Shown here in pieces: positions 1 through 8,951 of a DNA stretch of 64,000 nt. The stretch lies in sequence record OR896825.1, one strand, 5' to 3'. Source of the stretch: Escherichia phage Delraymugoa. Each line of letters begins with the position of its first letter. The stretch's first letter is position 1. The translations under genes and the position numbers were made by a program. The notes under the pieces are model-generated. The model saw only the letters and a program-made list of their open reading frames with translations, was not told where the DNA came from and did not search any database.

Positions 1-1014
1 AATGCGGATTCTACCAAACCAGCAAGGATTAGATTTAATGGAGTGGAGATCGTTGGCACTGGCTATGAAAATGGCCTAAATTTTAAAGTTCTTACTCCAA
101 CTGGACAGCTACACGAAGAAAAGGTATTCTATGGTCGCGGTGCTGTTTTGGCAATGCGTGATTATCTTTCTTTGCTGAAAGGTGACTATATCATTGCGAT
201 GGCAACGCATGGAGAATTGTTTGCAGATCCGATAAGTGATGTTGTATTTTCTAAGATGGGATCTGTATCATTCCCGAATCACATTTTGTTACAGCAAATG
301 CCTCGTGTATCCTATGCAGCAATTTATTCTACTAAAATGGGTAAAATTGTGTGCGAAGGGATGCAAGCGACCAACGGGGAAGGACAAGATTCATCTATAC
401 AAATTGAGAAAGTCTATGATACTATAGATGATCTTGCTATAACAGGAACACCACAACGATTTTTAGATTATCCGGTTGAGTATGTTAGCGAAGATGCCGA
501 ACATTTCGAGCTAATACAATGGCCTCATGATGAGATCAGCGCACCACTTGAAGATTTTAACATAAAAGCAGGTGACAAACTATCAATATCTTTTGAATTG
601 TTCCGTGATAGTGCCGCAGCCGCAGCCAACGTAACAGCGCGTTTCTATCACAACTACTTCACCGATGGACAATATAAAACTGGTGTTCGATACAATGCCA
701 GCAAAAAAGATCAATGGGAAAAGTTTGAAGCCGTCTATACCGTACCGGAAGGAGTTGATAGTGTTACCACTGGTTGCGTTAGATATCCAACCAACTCAAA
801 TGAAGGTATTGTTAAAGTTAGAAACATACTAATAACGCCGATCAGTGGAGTTGTCAAAACGACTGGTCCTACTTCCTTTGGTGTTAACGGTGTTAGAACA
901 ACTCACATTCAGGATAACGGTGATTTTACTAACCCTGTAATGAGTCTTCTTAAACTACCCAGAGACAATAAACATATCACATCCAACAACTTTAAAGAGT
1001 TCGATGTTGATTAA
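1..1014 (+). CDS. long tail fiber protein, gp35-like (5' end lies outside window)
   Basis: Frame 1 is open from nt 1 to TAA at 1012-1014 (338 codons); sits directly upstream of gp36/gp37 homologues; a terminator follows. Confidence 0.5.
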   Translation, partial: NADSTKPARIRFNGVEIVGTGYENGLNFKVLTPTGQLHEEKVFYGRGAVLAMRDYLSLLKGDYIIAMATHGELFADPISDVVFSKMGSVSFPNHILLQQMPRVSYAAIYSTKMGKIVCEGMQATNGEGQDSSIQIEKVYDTIDDLAITGTPQRFLDYPVEYVSEDAEHFELIQWPHDEISAPLEDFNIKAGDKLSISFELFRDSAAAAANVTARFYHNYFTDGQYKTGVRYNASKKDQWEKFEAVYTVPEGVDSVTTGCVRYPTNSNEGIVKVRNILITPISGVVKTTGPTSFGVNGVRTTHIQDNGDFTNPVMSLLKLPRDNKHITSNNFKEFDVD

Positions 1015-1025
1015 CATTTTTAACA

Positions 1026-1056
1026 AGCCGATCCATGTGGTCGGCTTTATTTTTAT
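1026..1056 (+). terminator. rho-independent terminator after gp35-like gene
   Basis: Hairpin AGCCGA-N9-TCGGCT followed by TTTATTTTTAT; nearly identical element occurs inverted at 11381-11412. Confidence 0.6.
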
Positions 1057-1174
1057 ATAGTTGGTTAAAATGTAACCAAAACGAAGAAAGATCTTTAGAA
1101 TATAGAAAATTTGTTTCGGTTAAAAATTAGTCAGTGCCTCCGGCACGTCGCGAAGCGATATTTTGTTAACATTC

Positions 1175-1182
1175 TATAAATA
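1175..1182 (+). promoter_or_regulatory. T4-type late promoter (TATAAATA) upstream of gp36
   Basis: Exact TATAAATA about 34 nt upstream of the gp36 ATG; GAGG Shine-Dalgarno at 1205-1208. Confidence 0.6.
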
Positions 1183-1215
1183 CTCGGAACTATAACTAAT
1201 TTTTGAGGTTACTTT

Positions 1216-2706
1216 ATGGCAGATTTGAAACATGGATCTACTGTAGGCGGATCTCCCATTTGGACGCAAGGAAACTTGACGATCCAGCCAGCGGGGGATC
1301 AGCTTTTCTACAAAGGTCATAAAATCTATACCGCTTTTGATAGACCTTCGGCTACCGATTTTGATGCTGTTAGCGCATCCGAAGGTGGAACATTTCAAAA
1401 GCAAGTTCATTTCGAGGAAGGTTTAAGCGTAGGTAGCGCATCGGCGGGTGAAACCAAAAAGAATGGTATCTTTAAAGGCCAGAGTGATGCTGCTAATTTT
1501 GACGGTGTAAGCTGGGGTTTGCATTCATGGAAGTCAATCGGCTTTGTTAATGCCCGTGATGGCGTTATCATGGCGTATATTGACACCACAACGGGCGAAT
1601 TTAAGTCTAAAGGGACTATCGAAGGGACAACCATTAAAGACACTGGTCAACGCGTCTATAGCCCTGTTAATAAACCAACGAATAATGATTTAGATTTGGT
1701 GTCTCGTCGCGGTGATACTCTCACAGGAACATATAATTTAAACACTGTCACTGTTAAACTATCGGTTGATTCGAAATTAATTGCAAGGGAACGTGATTTA
1801 ATTAATTTTGATGCGACTAAGATCTATTATGGTAACGTTCTTGACACGTTGGTCTTCCGAAGTAAAGATGAGCCTACCATTTTTGTTAATGGCAGAGAAG
1901 GTCGTTTTTATCACACCAACAATAAACCAACTAAAGCCGATGTTGGGCTAGGCAATGTCACCAATGATGCACAGGTTAAACGTGCTGGTGATATTATGGA
2001 AGGTAACTTGCAAGCGCCTAGAATGTTGGCGACAAACGATCCTGCTGGTCCTAATGAATTGGTTCGTTTGAGCTACTTTGAGAGAAAATCAATGGTAGCA
2101 AATCCAACCATCATTGGAAACGTTGATTGGAACACTCTTATTAATCGCGGTATCTATCGTGTGGAAAATGCTGGATCCGGTACTAATAAACCGTCTGATA
2201 GCTATTATAACGGCGTTTTGATGGTATATCGCCCAGAAGATGCGGTCGGTACTCGTCGAATTGTTCAAGTGTATTATCCTGAATCTATTGACCATCCGAT
2301 GTGCTGGCGTTCGTGTTCTAATGAATCATGGACTGCATGGAACTATGTAGATCACCGTAAATTAGCCGATATTCGCTATGTTAACGTCACTGGCGATACA
2401 ATGACAGGACCGTTAACTGTTCCGGCTGCAAACGGTGTTAGAACAGCTAAAACTAACTATAACGGGGATAACTGTTATGCGGCGTTAAGCGGTGCTGATG
2501 GTACTGCTATGATTCACCGCATTAGTGATATTAAAGGGACCGAAAAGCTGGGGATCACCCACGACTCAAAGGTCGTGTTTTTCCGTTCTAGAAACAATAC
2601 TCAAACCGTGGACCGCTATCAGCTTTATCATGAAGGTAATAAACCTACTCCGGCTGATGTTGGCGCGGTTCCACTTAATGCGGTGATTGATTTTGGTACT
2701 TTCTAA
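1216..2706 (+). CDS. 36: long tail fiber subunit gp36-like (496 aa)
   Basis: N-terminus MADLKHGSTVGGSPIWTQGN matches recalled gp36 N-terminal consensus; internal YHxxNKPT repeats shared with gp37; synteny 35-36-37. Confidence 0.75.
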   Translation: MADLKHGSTVGGSPIWTQGNLTIQPAGDQLFYKGHKIYTAFDRPSATDFDAVSASEGGTFQKQVHFEEGLSVGSASAGETKKNGIFKGQSDAANFDGVSWGLHSWKSIGFVNARDGVIMAYIDTTTGEFKSKGTIEGTTIKDTGQRVYSPVNKPTNNDLDLVSRRGDTLTGTYNLNTVTVKLSVDSKLIARERDLINFDATKIYYGNVLDTLVFRSKDEPTIFVNGREGRFYHTNNKPTKADVGLGNVTNDAQVKRAGDIMEGNLQAPRMLATNDPAGPNELVRLSYFERKSMVANPTIIGNVDWNTLINRGIYRVENAGSGTNKPSDSYYNGVLMVYRPEDAVGTRRIVQVYYPESIDHPMCWRSCSNESWTAWNYVDHRKLADIRYVNVTGDTMTGPLTVPAANGVRTAKTNYNGDNCYAALSGADGTAMIHRISDIKGTEKLGITHDSKVVFFRSRNNTQTVDRYQLYHEGNKPTPADVGAVPLNAVIDFGTF

Positions 2707-2710
2707 TTTT

Positions 2711-2738
2711 AGCGGGGATTATCTCCCCGCTTTTCTAA
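2711..2738 (+). terminator. rho-independent terminator or attenuator after gp36
   Basis: Hairpin AGCGGGGA-TTATC-TCCCCGCT followed by TTTCT. Confidence 0.5.
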
Positions 2739-2776
2739 ATAATATTATTCTAATAACCGTTTAAGGATTTTATAAA

Positions 2777-5683
2777 ATGGCAGATTTAAGCAGAATCCAA
2801 TTTAAACGTACTAGCACTAAAGGCCGTCGACCTGATGCTGGTACGATGAATCCGGGGGAATTGGCAATCAACCTTGCGGATCAATATCTTCTTACTAAAA
2901 ATGATTCCGGTGCTATTATCAATTTAAGTTGTCCTCCGGTTTATGACAGCGATGTTACAATGGCGGGTAAGGTTAAAGGAAATAATTATATTTTAAGTAA
3001 AACCGCTAATTATTTTGAAGACCAAACCGCGCGAGATCTTAATTATTTTGGTGCGTTTCGACCGAATAATGCTGATGGTTGGTCTAACTTGATTCTGAAC
3101 ATTCCTCATCCCAGCGGTAAAGCACACGGTCGCGGGTTTGAATTTGAATATGGTTCTAGTTCCTCTCAGGTTAAAACCTATGGCTTTGATAAGGATGGTA
3201 ACAAGAGATTCAGCTTTCGCATGTATCACGAAGGTGATAAACCTACCCCATCGGAATTGAACGTTTATAGCAAACAAGAAGTTGACCGCATGTTTGTTAA
3301 AAACGTTAAAATGTCAACTCCTGCTGATGTAAGTAGAGGATATTTCAAAATTGCTACCGCTATGATCCCACAGCAAGGAAGAATGGCATTTATTCGTATC
3401 TATGGTGGTAATGGATATAACGTAAACTATATGGATCAAGTTGACTTTGTAGAAATCGTGATTCGTGGTGGGAATGGAAATCCTAAAGGTGTTAGTATTG
3501 CCGCATATCGACGAAATGCTTTAAATCAGCTTGAAGTATTTGCTATTAATACATCTGGTGATAACTATGATATCTATGTAAAATATGGTCGATACACCGA
3601 TAACGTTATTGTAGAATTTGGAAAAACGGTCGATGTTAATTTAACGGTTCATGATGTTCCGGCTTTTTCGGAAGCAAAACCTGCTGGTACTACCTTTGAA
3701 GGTCGTATTATTACCATGTTCAACACCGAAAACAAAGCAGGAACGTTGATGTTTGATAATAACTCACAAGCAACCTATGATATTGTGAGTCTTAGCAATG
3801 CACCTGATAATAGCCGAAATTATCTGCGTAAATTCCGTAGCAAAGCGAATGAAACAATATGGCATGAAACTGTTCAAGGTGATGTGTATCGTTTGGCTAC
3901 TGGTTCCACCGACCAAAAAGAAGTATTAAAAATTGTTGGTAGTGATGGTTTATTTGTCAATAGACTTCATCTGCAAGGCAATAACGCGATTCGTATGTGG
4001 CGTCCTACTGGTTGTAGTAACTATTTTGAATATATGGATCAGCGAGACGGGGCTAATAAACGTCAAGGGTGGTTTGGTTTTGGTTCTATAGAAACCAACG
4101 ATTTTCAATGGTATAGTGACGAAGGTAAAAACTTTGTTAAGCTAGAAGCAAGTGGTCAAGTATCTTTAAGCGCAGGTGCAACCAAAATTGTATACACTAA
4201 TGGTCAATATGTAGCTGCCAATTCTGATGCATACCGTATGATCTTTGGTAATTATGGTGCATTCTGGCGTAATGACGGCATTAAAGTTTATCTTCTGTCT
4301 ACTGCCGAAAATGATAGATTTGGTGGCTGGAACGGCAACCGACCATTCATTTACGATTTAACAACTGGTAAAGTTACTTTAGGTGGCGACGGTAACGAAG
4401 GCGCATTAGTTCTCGAAAGAGATAGCCGTGCTGCCCGTTTTGTGGGTGACATTTATGTCGGTAACGGAATGTTAACCTTTGATGCCGGACGATTAAATTC
4501 TCGCGATTACTTCCGGTTTAATCATTGGGGTGATAGCAATAACGCGCGTGATAACATCTTACAGCTTGACGATAGCATGGGTGCACACTTCACCACTGAA
4601 CGTACTTTAGCAACTGGTGCGATTAAAACTAAATTCTTCGGTGATTTGGAATCTGCTGGTCAAATTAAATGGGGTAAAGGGACCGCCGCATCTACGTTTA
4701 CTCTACGTGTATGGGGTAACGATAGTCGTAAACAAATATTTGAATGCGGCGATGAAAGCGGGTGGCATTGGTATACCCAACGCGCGGGCGGTCCGGATAC
4801 TTCTGCAATTGAGTTTGCCATCAACGGTACTGTTAAGCCTCAAGCAATTCACACTGGCGGTAATATCACGCTTAACGGTGCTGATATTGAATTTAAACGA
4901 AGCGGTAACAAGCATTTATGGTTTAGAGATCCGAACGGCTTAGAGTTGGGTCTGTTGTACTGCGATGATGCTGGTGTTATGCGTATTCGTGGGGAGAAAT
5001 CGACCGAAGTATGGAAATTCTCAGCAAAACAGATTCATCTGGAAACTGGTACTGCCGGAAATGGTGTAGGCTTGCTTCGTGGTGCTGTAGGTGGTGGCGC
5101 ATGGACTCAATGGCGAGATCGTGGCACTGGCTTGCAGGTTGATTGTCAGCAATCTGAAAACTCAGCGCATAACGTATGGAGAGCTACGCATCAAGGAAAA
5201 TACCACATCGCGGCAATGGGTGTACACGTTCCTGGTGGTACTATCGGAAATGCTATGGTGCGTATTCATGTACACGATGCAACTTTTGACTTTAGCGCAA
5301 CTGGTGATTTCCAAGCAGGTCGTAACGGTAATTTTAACGATGTGTACATTCGTTCTGATGCTCGCCTGAAAATCAATAAGGAAGAGTATAAAGAGAATGC
5401 CACCGATAAAGTTAATCGCTTGACGGTATACACCTATGACAAGGTTAAATCTTTAACCGACCGTACTGTCATTGCTCATGAAGTTGGTATTATTGCTCAG
5501 GATCTTGAGAAAGAATTGCCAGAAGCAGTAACAACCTCGAAGATCGGCGACGGTGATACACCAGAAGAGATCTTAACAATTTCTAACTCTGCTGTCAACG
5601 CTCTTTTAATTAAGGCGTTTCAGGAAATGAGCGAAGAATTGAAAGCCGTTAAAGCTGAACTAGCGGAACTTAAAAAGAATTAA
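2777..5683 (+). CDS. 37: long tail fiber distal subunit gp37-like with C-terminal intramolecular chaperone (peptidase S74-type) domain
   Basis: N-terminus RIQFKR..RP..GELAINL..DSG.II matches gp37; C-terminus has SDARLKINKEEYKENATDKVNRL autocleavage-type motif plus coiled-coil tail. Confidence 0.85.
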   Translation: MADLSRIQFKRTSTKGRRPDAGTMNPGELAINLADQYLLTKNDSGAIINLSCPPVYDSDVTMAGKVKGNNYILSKTANYFEDQTARDLNYFGAFRPNNADGWSNLILNIPHPSGKAHGRGFEFEYGSSSSQVKTYGFDKDGNKRFSFRMYHEGDKPTPSELNVYSKQEVDRMFVKNVKMSTPADVSRGYFKIATAMIPQQGRMAFIRIYGGNGYNVNYMDQVDFVEIVIRGGNGNPKGVSIAAYRRNALNQLEVFAINTSGDNYDIYVKYGRYTDNVIVEFGKTVDVNLTVHDVPAFSEAKPAGTTFEGRIITMFNTENKAGTLMFDNNSQATYDIVSLSNAPDNSRNYLRKFRSKANETIWHETVQGDVYRLATGSTDQKEVLKIVGSDGLFVNRLHLQGNNAIRMWRPTGCSNYFEYMDQRDGANKRQGWFGFGSIETNDFQWYSDEGKNFVKLEASGQVSLSAGATKIVYTNGQYVAANSDAYRMIFGNYGAFWRNDGIKVYLLSTAENDRFGGWNGNRPFIYDLTTGKVTLGGDGNEGALVLERDSRAARFVGDIYVGNGMLTFDAGRLNSRDYFRFNHWGDSNNARDNILQLDDSMGAHFTTERTLATGAIKTKFFGDLESAGQIKWGKGTAASTFTLRVWGNDSRKQIFECGDESGWHWYTQRAGGPDTSAIEFAINGTVKPQAIHTGGNITLNGADIEFKRSGNKHLWFRDPNGLELGLLYCDDAGVMRIRGEKSTEVWKFSAKQIHLETGTAGNGVGLLRGAVGGGAWTQWRDRGTGLQVDCQQSENSAHNVWRATHQGKYHIAAMGVHVPGGTIGNAMVRIHVHDATFDFSATGDFQAGRNGNFNDVYIRSDARLKINKEEYKENATDKVNRLTVYTYDKVKSLTDRTVIAHEVGIIAQDLEKELPEAVTTSKIGDGDTPEEILTISNSAVNALLIKAFQEMSEELKAVKAELAELKKN

Positions 5684-5725
5684 GGAAAAATCCCAGGGAA
5701 GGGAAACTACTAAGGAGAAACGGCT

Positions 5726-5965
5726 ATGGTCTATAATATCGTCATTGGTGCTTTGTCTAATTTCGGAATGAAATTATTGTCAAAGTTAATTAGTGAAAAG
5801 ATGCTCACTAAAATTTTCTTCTATTGCGCTCGTCGTCTTGCGGCTTATACCAATACGCCAATTGATGATCGTTTTGTGGAAGAACTTTATAAGGAGTTTA
5901 ATAAAGATCAGTCAGAAGATAGTAACGAGCAAGATAAACCTAGTGATAGTCAACTACCTAAATAA
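5726..5965 (+). CDS. hypothetical protein (79 aa) between gp37 and holin
   Basis: ATG with AAGGAG Shine-Dalgarno; hydrophobic N-terminus, acidic C-terminus. Confidence 0.4.
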   Translation: MVYNIVIGALSNFGMKLLSKLISEKMLTKIFFYCARRLAAYTNTPIDDRFVEELYKEFNKDQSEDSNEQDKPSDSQLPK

Positions 5966-5998
5966 GAGTACACTGTCATAGTTATCTTAGGGCATTAT

Positions 5999-6655
5999 AT
6001 GCAAGTTTCTGAAAAAGGGAAAGACTTTGCTATCTCAAATGTCCTGCGCGCTATTTTCACAACTAAAAGCACGGAGTTGCTCGTACTTCGTGTTTTTGCT
6101 GCCGTCGTGTTGTCCATATTAGCATTTGTCGTTTATAGTAAAAACGAGTTATTTGCGCTTTATAAAGAGACTCGTTATGAGACTTATGCTCACATTCTCC
6201 AGGTAGAGAAAGACCGCAATTTTGATAATGCAGCACAGGAGCAGTTACAGATAGTTCATGTGTCGGCTGATGCCGATTTTTCTGCTGTTTTTAGTTTTCG
6301 TCCGAAAAACCTAAACTATTTTGTTGATTTGGTGGCATATGAAGGAAAGCTACCTCACACAATCGATGAAAAAAATTTAGGCGGATTCCCTATCAATAAA
6401 ACGAGTGAAGAATATCGTAGGCATCTTTTAGGTAAATCATATTTTACCGATAAAGATTTCCAGTATATTCCATCAAGAGAAAAGAAATTAGAGAATATCG
6501 ATATAGGTTTCATGTATTCTTGTCCTATATTCAATCTCGATAATGTCTATTCTGGTAGTATCGCCATTTCATGGAAGAATAAACCGGATATTGACATTGA
6601 GAATTTAGATACTCTTTGCAATCAATCTGCCAGAATCCTCGGAAGGATTAGATAA
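5999..6655 (+). CDS. t: holin t (218 aa)
   Basis: Same length as T4 gpt; shares YETY, LQIVH.S.(D/E)ADFSAV(F/Y)SFRPKNLNYFVD and ARILGR motifs; N-terminal transmembrane segment. Confidence 0.9.
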   Translation: MQVSEKGKDFAISNVLRAIFTTKSTELLVLRVFAAVVLSILAFVVYSKNELFALYKETRYETYAHILQVEKDRNFDNAAQEQLQIVHVSADADFSAVFSFRPKNLNYFVDLVAYEGKLPHTIDEKNLGGFPINKTSEEYRRHLLGKSYFTDKDFQYIPSREKKLENIDIGFMYSCPIFNLDNVYSGSIAISWKNKPDIDIENLDTLCNQSARILGRIR

Positions 6656-6660
6656 CTTAA

Positions 6661-6692
6661 AGGGGAAGCCTTTCGGCCTCCCCTTCTTTTTA
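6661..6692. terminator. bidirectional rho-independent terminator at the late/early convergence point
   Basis: AGGGGAAGCC-TTTC-GGCCTCCCCT hairpin flanked by T-runs; lies between convergent genes t(+) and the 6690-6938 ORF(-). Confidence 0.6.
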
Positions 6693-6938
6693 TTGGCGCA
6701 TAGAAGCCCCTGAATCGCATTTTGACGCTGTATGATGAAAACAGGTAGCGTACCAGTCATCGGCTTGTTTGTCTTCGTCAGAAAACTCATAATTTCGTTG
6801 TATGCCGTTTTCTACTTTGACCAGTTCAATAGCTGTTTCTGGAAGATCAATCAGTCGGACAAAATCACCATCTTCCCACTCTACACGAGCAATATCATAT
6901 CCCATCTCAAAGTATACAATCGCTTGTTCTAATTTCAT
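6690..6938 (-). CDS. hypothetical protein (82 aa)
   Basis: ATG-initiated ORF in compact minus-strand array. Confidence 0.45.
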   Translation of the reverse strand: MKLEQAIVYFEMGYDIARVEWEDGDFVRLIDLPETAIELVKVENGIQRNYEFSDEDKQADDWYATCFHHTASKCDSGASMRQ

Positions 6939-7264
6939 TCTGGAAACTTCCCGTAAACATTCTCTGCCAGCTTACGTGCATCTTTTACAATATCTTTCAT
7001 GTAATGACTATAATTTTTAGCTAGATCAATGATGCAATCAACAAAGAAGTAATAGCGTCGCAGTGCTACCAGCTCAACATCTTCAAGATGACCATTTTCT
7101 CCAATCGCTGAAATATGTTTAAATTCCTTTCGGATCGCGTCCATCGCTACATTAACTTCTTTTATAATATCTTTCGTATTATATGCACCTCGACTAATCA
7201 AAATTTTGGTTAGGTCTTCTGCTTTTTCGTGAAAGTTGTCAATTTCAAACTCGATCATAATCAC
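6935..7264 (-). CDS. hypothetical protein (109 aa), paralog of 7373-7705
   Basis: GAGGTGA Shine-Dalgarno; C-terminus ..AENVYGKFPE resembles ..TENIFGKF of the neighbour. Confidence 0.5.
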   Translation of the reverse strand: MIMIEFEIDNFHEKAEDLTKILISRGAYNTKDIIKEVNVAMDAIRKEFKHISAIGENGHLEDVELVALRRYYFFVDCIIDLAKNYSHYMKDIVKDARKLAENVYGKFPE

Positions 7265-7372
7265 CTCTCATAATTTCACTCTGTTGTGTCAACATTTTTT
7301 CGTGGTTTGCTAATTCTATACCTTGTAATAGCATAACCAGTGCAATTTTCAATGATTCATCATCTTTCATAA

Positions 7373-7705
7373 TCAAAATTTACCGAAAATATTCTCTGTC
7401 ATAATTCTTGCTTCGTCGATTATTTTCGTCATGTTCATGGTGTAGTTATGATCATTTAGTGCCTTAATGACAACGAGCAAGGAATCTAAAAACACTCGAT
7501 ACCGGGTATATTCTACGCTATTTGTGAATACCGATGTTTTCTCTACTTTATCGATCAGATAGCCTAAAACCGATAGCGCCTCGTTTACTTCCCTTGTTAC
7601 TTTATCTGCGCTAAACAACACCGGATAAAGACGCGGTGTGATTAACCGCGCTGCCTCTTTCAATTCGGTCGCTTTCCATGATTCATATTTGTCATAGTTA
7701 AACAT
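7373..7705 (-). CDS. hypothetical protein (110 aa), paralog of 6935-7264
   Basis: ORF with C-terminal similarity to adjacent gene. Confidence 0.5.
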   Translation of the reverse strand: MFNYDKYESWKATELKEAARLITPRLYPVLFSADKVTREVNEALSVLGYLIDKVEKTSVFTNSVEYTRYRVFLDSLLVVIKALNDHNYTMNMTKIIDEARIMTENIFGKF

Positions 7706-7717
7706 TGTATAATCTCC

Positions 7718-8050
7718 TTACAGATGAAAACCTGTTACGATCACCGCATCGATCTTACCGCTAGGAATAAACGGTTCGCCCTCTTTTATTTCAACTTTGA
7801 ATTGATGCCATTTCGCTAATACTTCTTCCGGTACACCCAGCGATTCGGCGTCTGCTTTAGTTTCATCCATAATCCAACTAGGCTGCATGAGAGCATAGTT
7901 TACATAGTCCATTTCTGGGGTCATGTCATCAATGTTAATATATTTGCAGTTGACGCGTTTCAGAATTTCAAATTCTTTATTGTCAACCTGTACCATGTAT
8001 AATTCAGTAGTTTCTGGAATCAGTTCCCACACAATCAGTACATTTTTCAT
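7718..8050 (-). CDS. hypothetical protein (110 aa)
   Basis: ORF in array. Confidence 0.45.
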   Translation of the reverse strand: MKNVLIVWELIPETTELYMVQVDNKEFEILKRVNCKYINIDDMTPEMDYVNYALMQPSWIMDETKADAESLGVPEEVLAKWHQFKVEIKEGEPFIPSGKIDAVIVTGFHL

Positions 8051-8058
8051 AGTTCACC

Positions 8059-8427
8059 TCACTTAACAAAGATTTTCTTTAATGCTTTCAGGATCGTTGC
8101 TTCCGGCGCTTCTTCCGGTGGAGGAAGCAATTCTACCACTTCCTCTTCCAACTCGATATAGTCTACCAGATATTCTACATAGAATGCAAGTGCTTCCATG
8201 AAATTAGATGCTACATCCGATTCACCACAAGCGCCTACATGCATTGTATAAACATCACTGCGATCAAGTTTGTGGATGCTTCCCAGATAGTTTCGGTTAT
8301 ACCAGACTTCCCACACTTTCAGCTTTCCGGTTTTGGTTGCTGTTTTATAATCGGTTTCGTAATGATGCAATTGACGTTGCAGATCATTGATAATAACACA
8401 TTTTTCGTAATTATTTTGAATTTCCAT
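8059..8427 (-). CDS. hypothetical protein (122 aa)
   Basis: ORF in array. Confidence 0.45.
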   Translation of the reverse strand: MEIQNNYEKCVIINDLQRQLHHYETDYKTATKTGKLKVWEVWYNRNYLGSIHKLDRSDVYTMHVGACGESDVASNFMEALAFYVEYLVDYIELEEEVVELLPPPEEAPEATILKALKKIFVK

Positions 8428-8437
8428 GATGTAATCC

Positions 8438-8629
8438 TCACTTATCGTTAAGAAGTTCTAAAACTTTCTGTCGTACTTTGTCAATATTAGTTGATTCAAA
8501 AACTGTACGGTATCCCCAGCTTTGACCGTATGAGCGGTTGCAATCTCCATATCCCCATTGTTCAACCTGATAGTATTCAAGGAATGGGTGCTGCCGAACT
8601 ATGATACCATCGCGATTAAAAATTACCAT
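8438..8629 (-). CDS. hypothetical protein (63 aa)
   Basis: ORF preceded by GAGGATTATATTATG-type initiation context. Confidence 0.4.
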   Translation of the reverse strand: MVIFNRDGIIVRQHPFLEYYQVEQWGYGDCNRSYGQSWGYRTVFESTNIDKVRQKVLELLNDK

Positions 8630-8652
8630 AATATAATCCTCACGTCAACAAC

Positions 8653-8940
8653 TTATTTTCTGTTGTGGTCACGATATGTTTTAAAATATCCCTCGTACCA
8701 CGGTAAAATATCTGGATTTTTACCACTATACAGACCTTTAACCATCATGTCAATAAGGCCATCTGGTGTTTGATAGTTTCCAGCTTTTATAAGCTCTCTG
8801 ATTAAAATCTCTCTGTATATGTCTTTCGGATCTTCGTAATCAACTTGTATTGTGGTTGTGGTCTCATTCAATTTGGTTTCTGGATTATCTCGCATCGCAT
8901 CCCACCAATCTTTTGTGCTCTTCATGTTATTGAATTGCAT
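8653..8940 (-). CDS. hypothetical protein (95 aa)
   Basis: ORF in array. Confidence 0.45.
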   Translation of the reverse strand: MQFNNMKSTKDWWDAMRDNPETKLNETTTTIQVDYEDPKDIYREILIRELIKAGNYQTPDGLIDMMVKGLYSGKNPDILPWYEGYFKTYRDHNRK

Positions 8941-8951
8941 AATTTAACCTC

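Noticed and set aside
2765-2776. TATAAAAT just upstream of the gp37 ATG as a late promoter
   Set aside because: Not the TATAAATA consensus and it overlaps the Shine-Dalgarno and start codon; gp37 is more likely transcribed by read-through from the gp36 late promoter
4617-4943. 108-aa plus-strand ORF and 70-aa minus-strand ORF inside gp37
   Set aside because: Out-of-frame or antisense overlaps with the well-supported gp37 frame; no start signals
7245-7370. 41-codon ORF in the 108-nt gap between minus-strand genes
   Set aside because: No Shine-Dalgarno; overlaps the better-supported start of the 6935-7264 gene; the gap more likely holds a weak promoter-like TTGACA element
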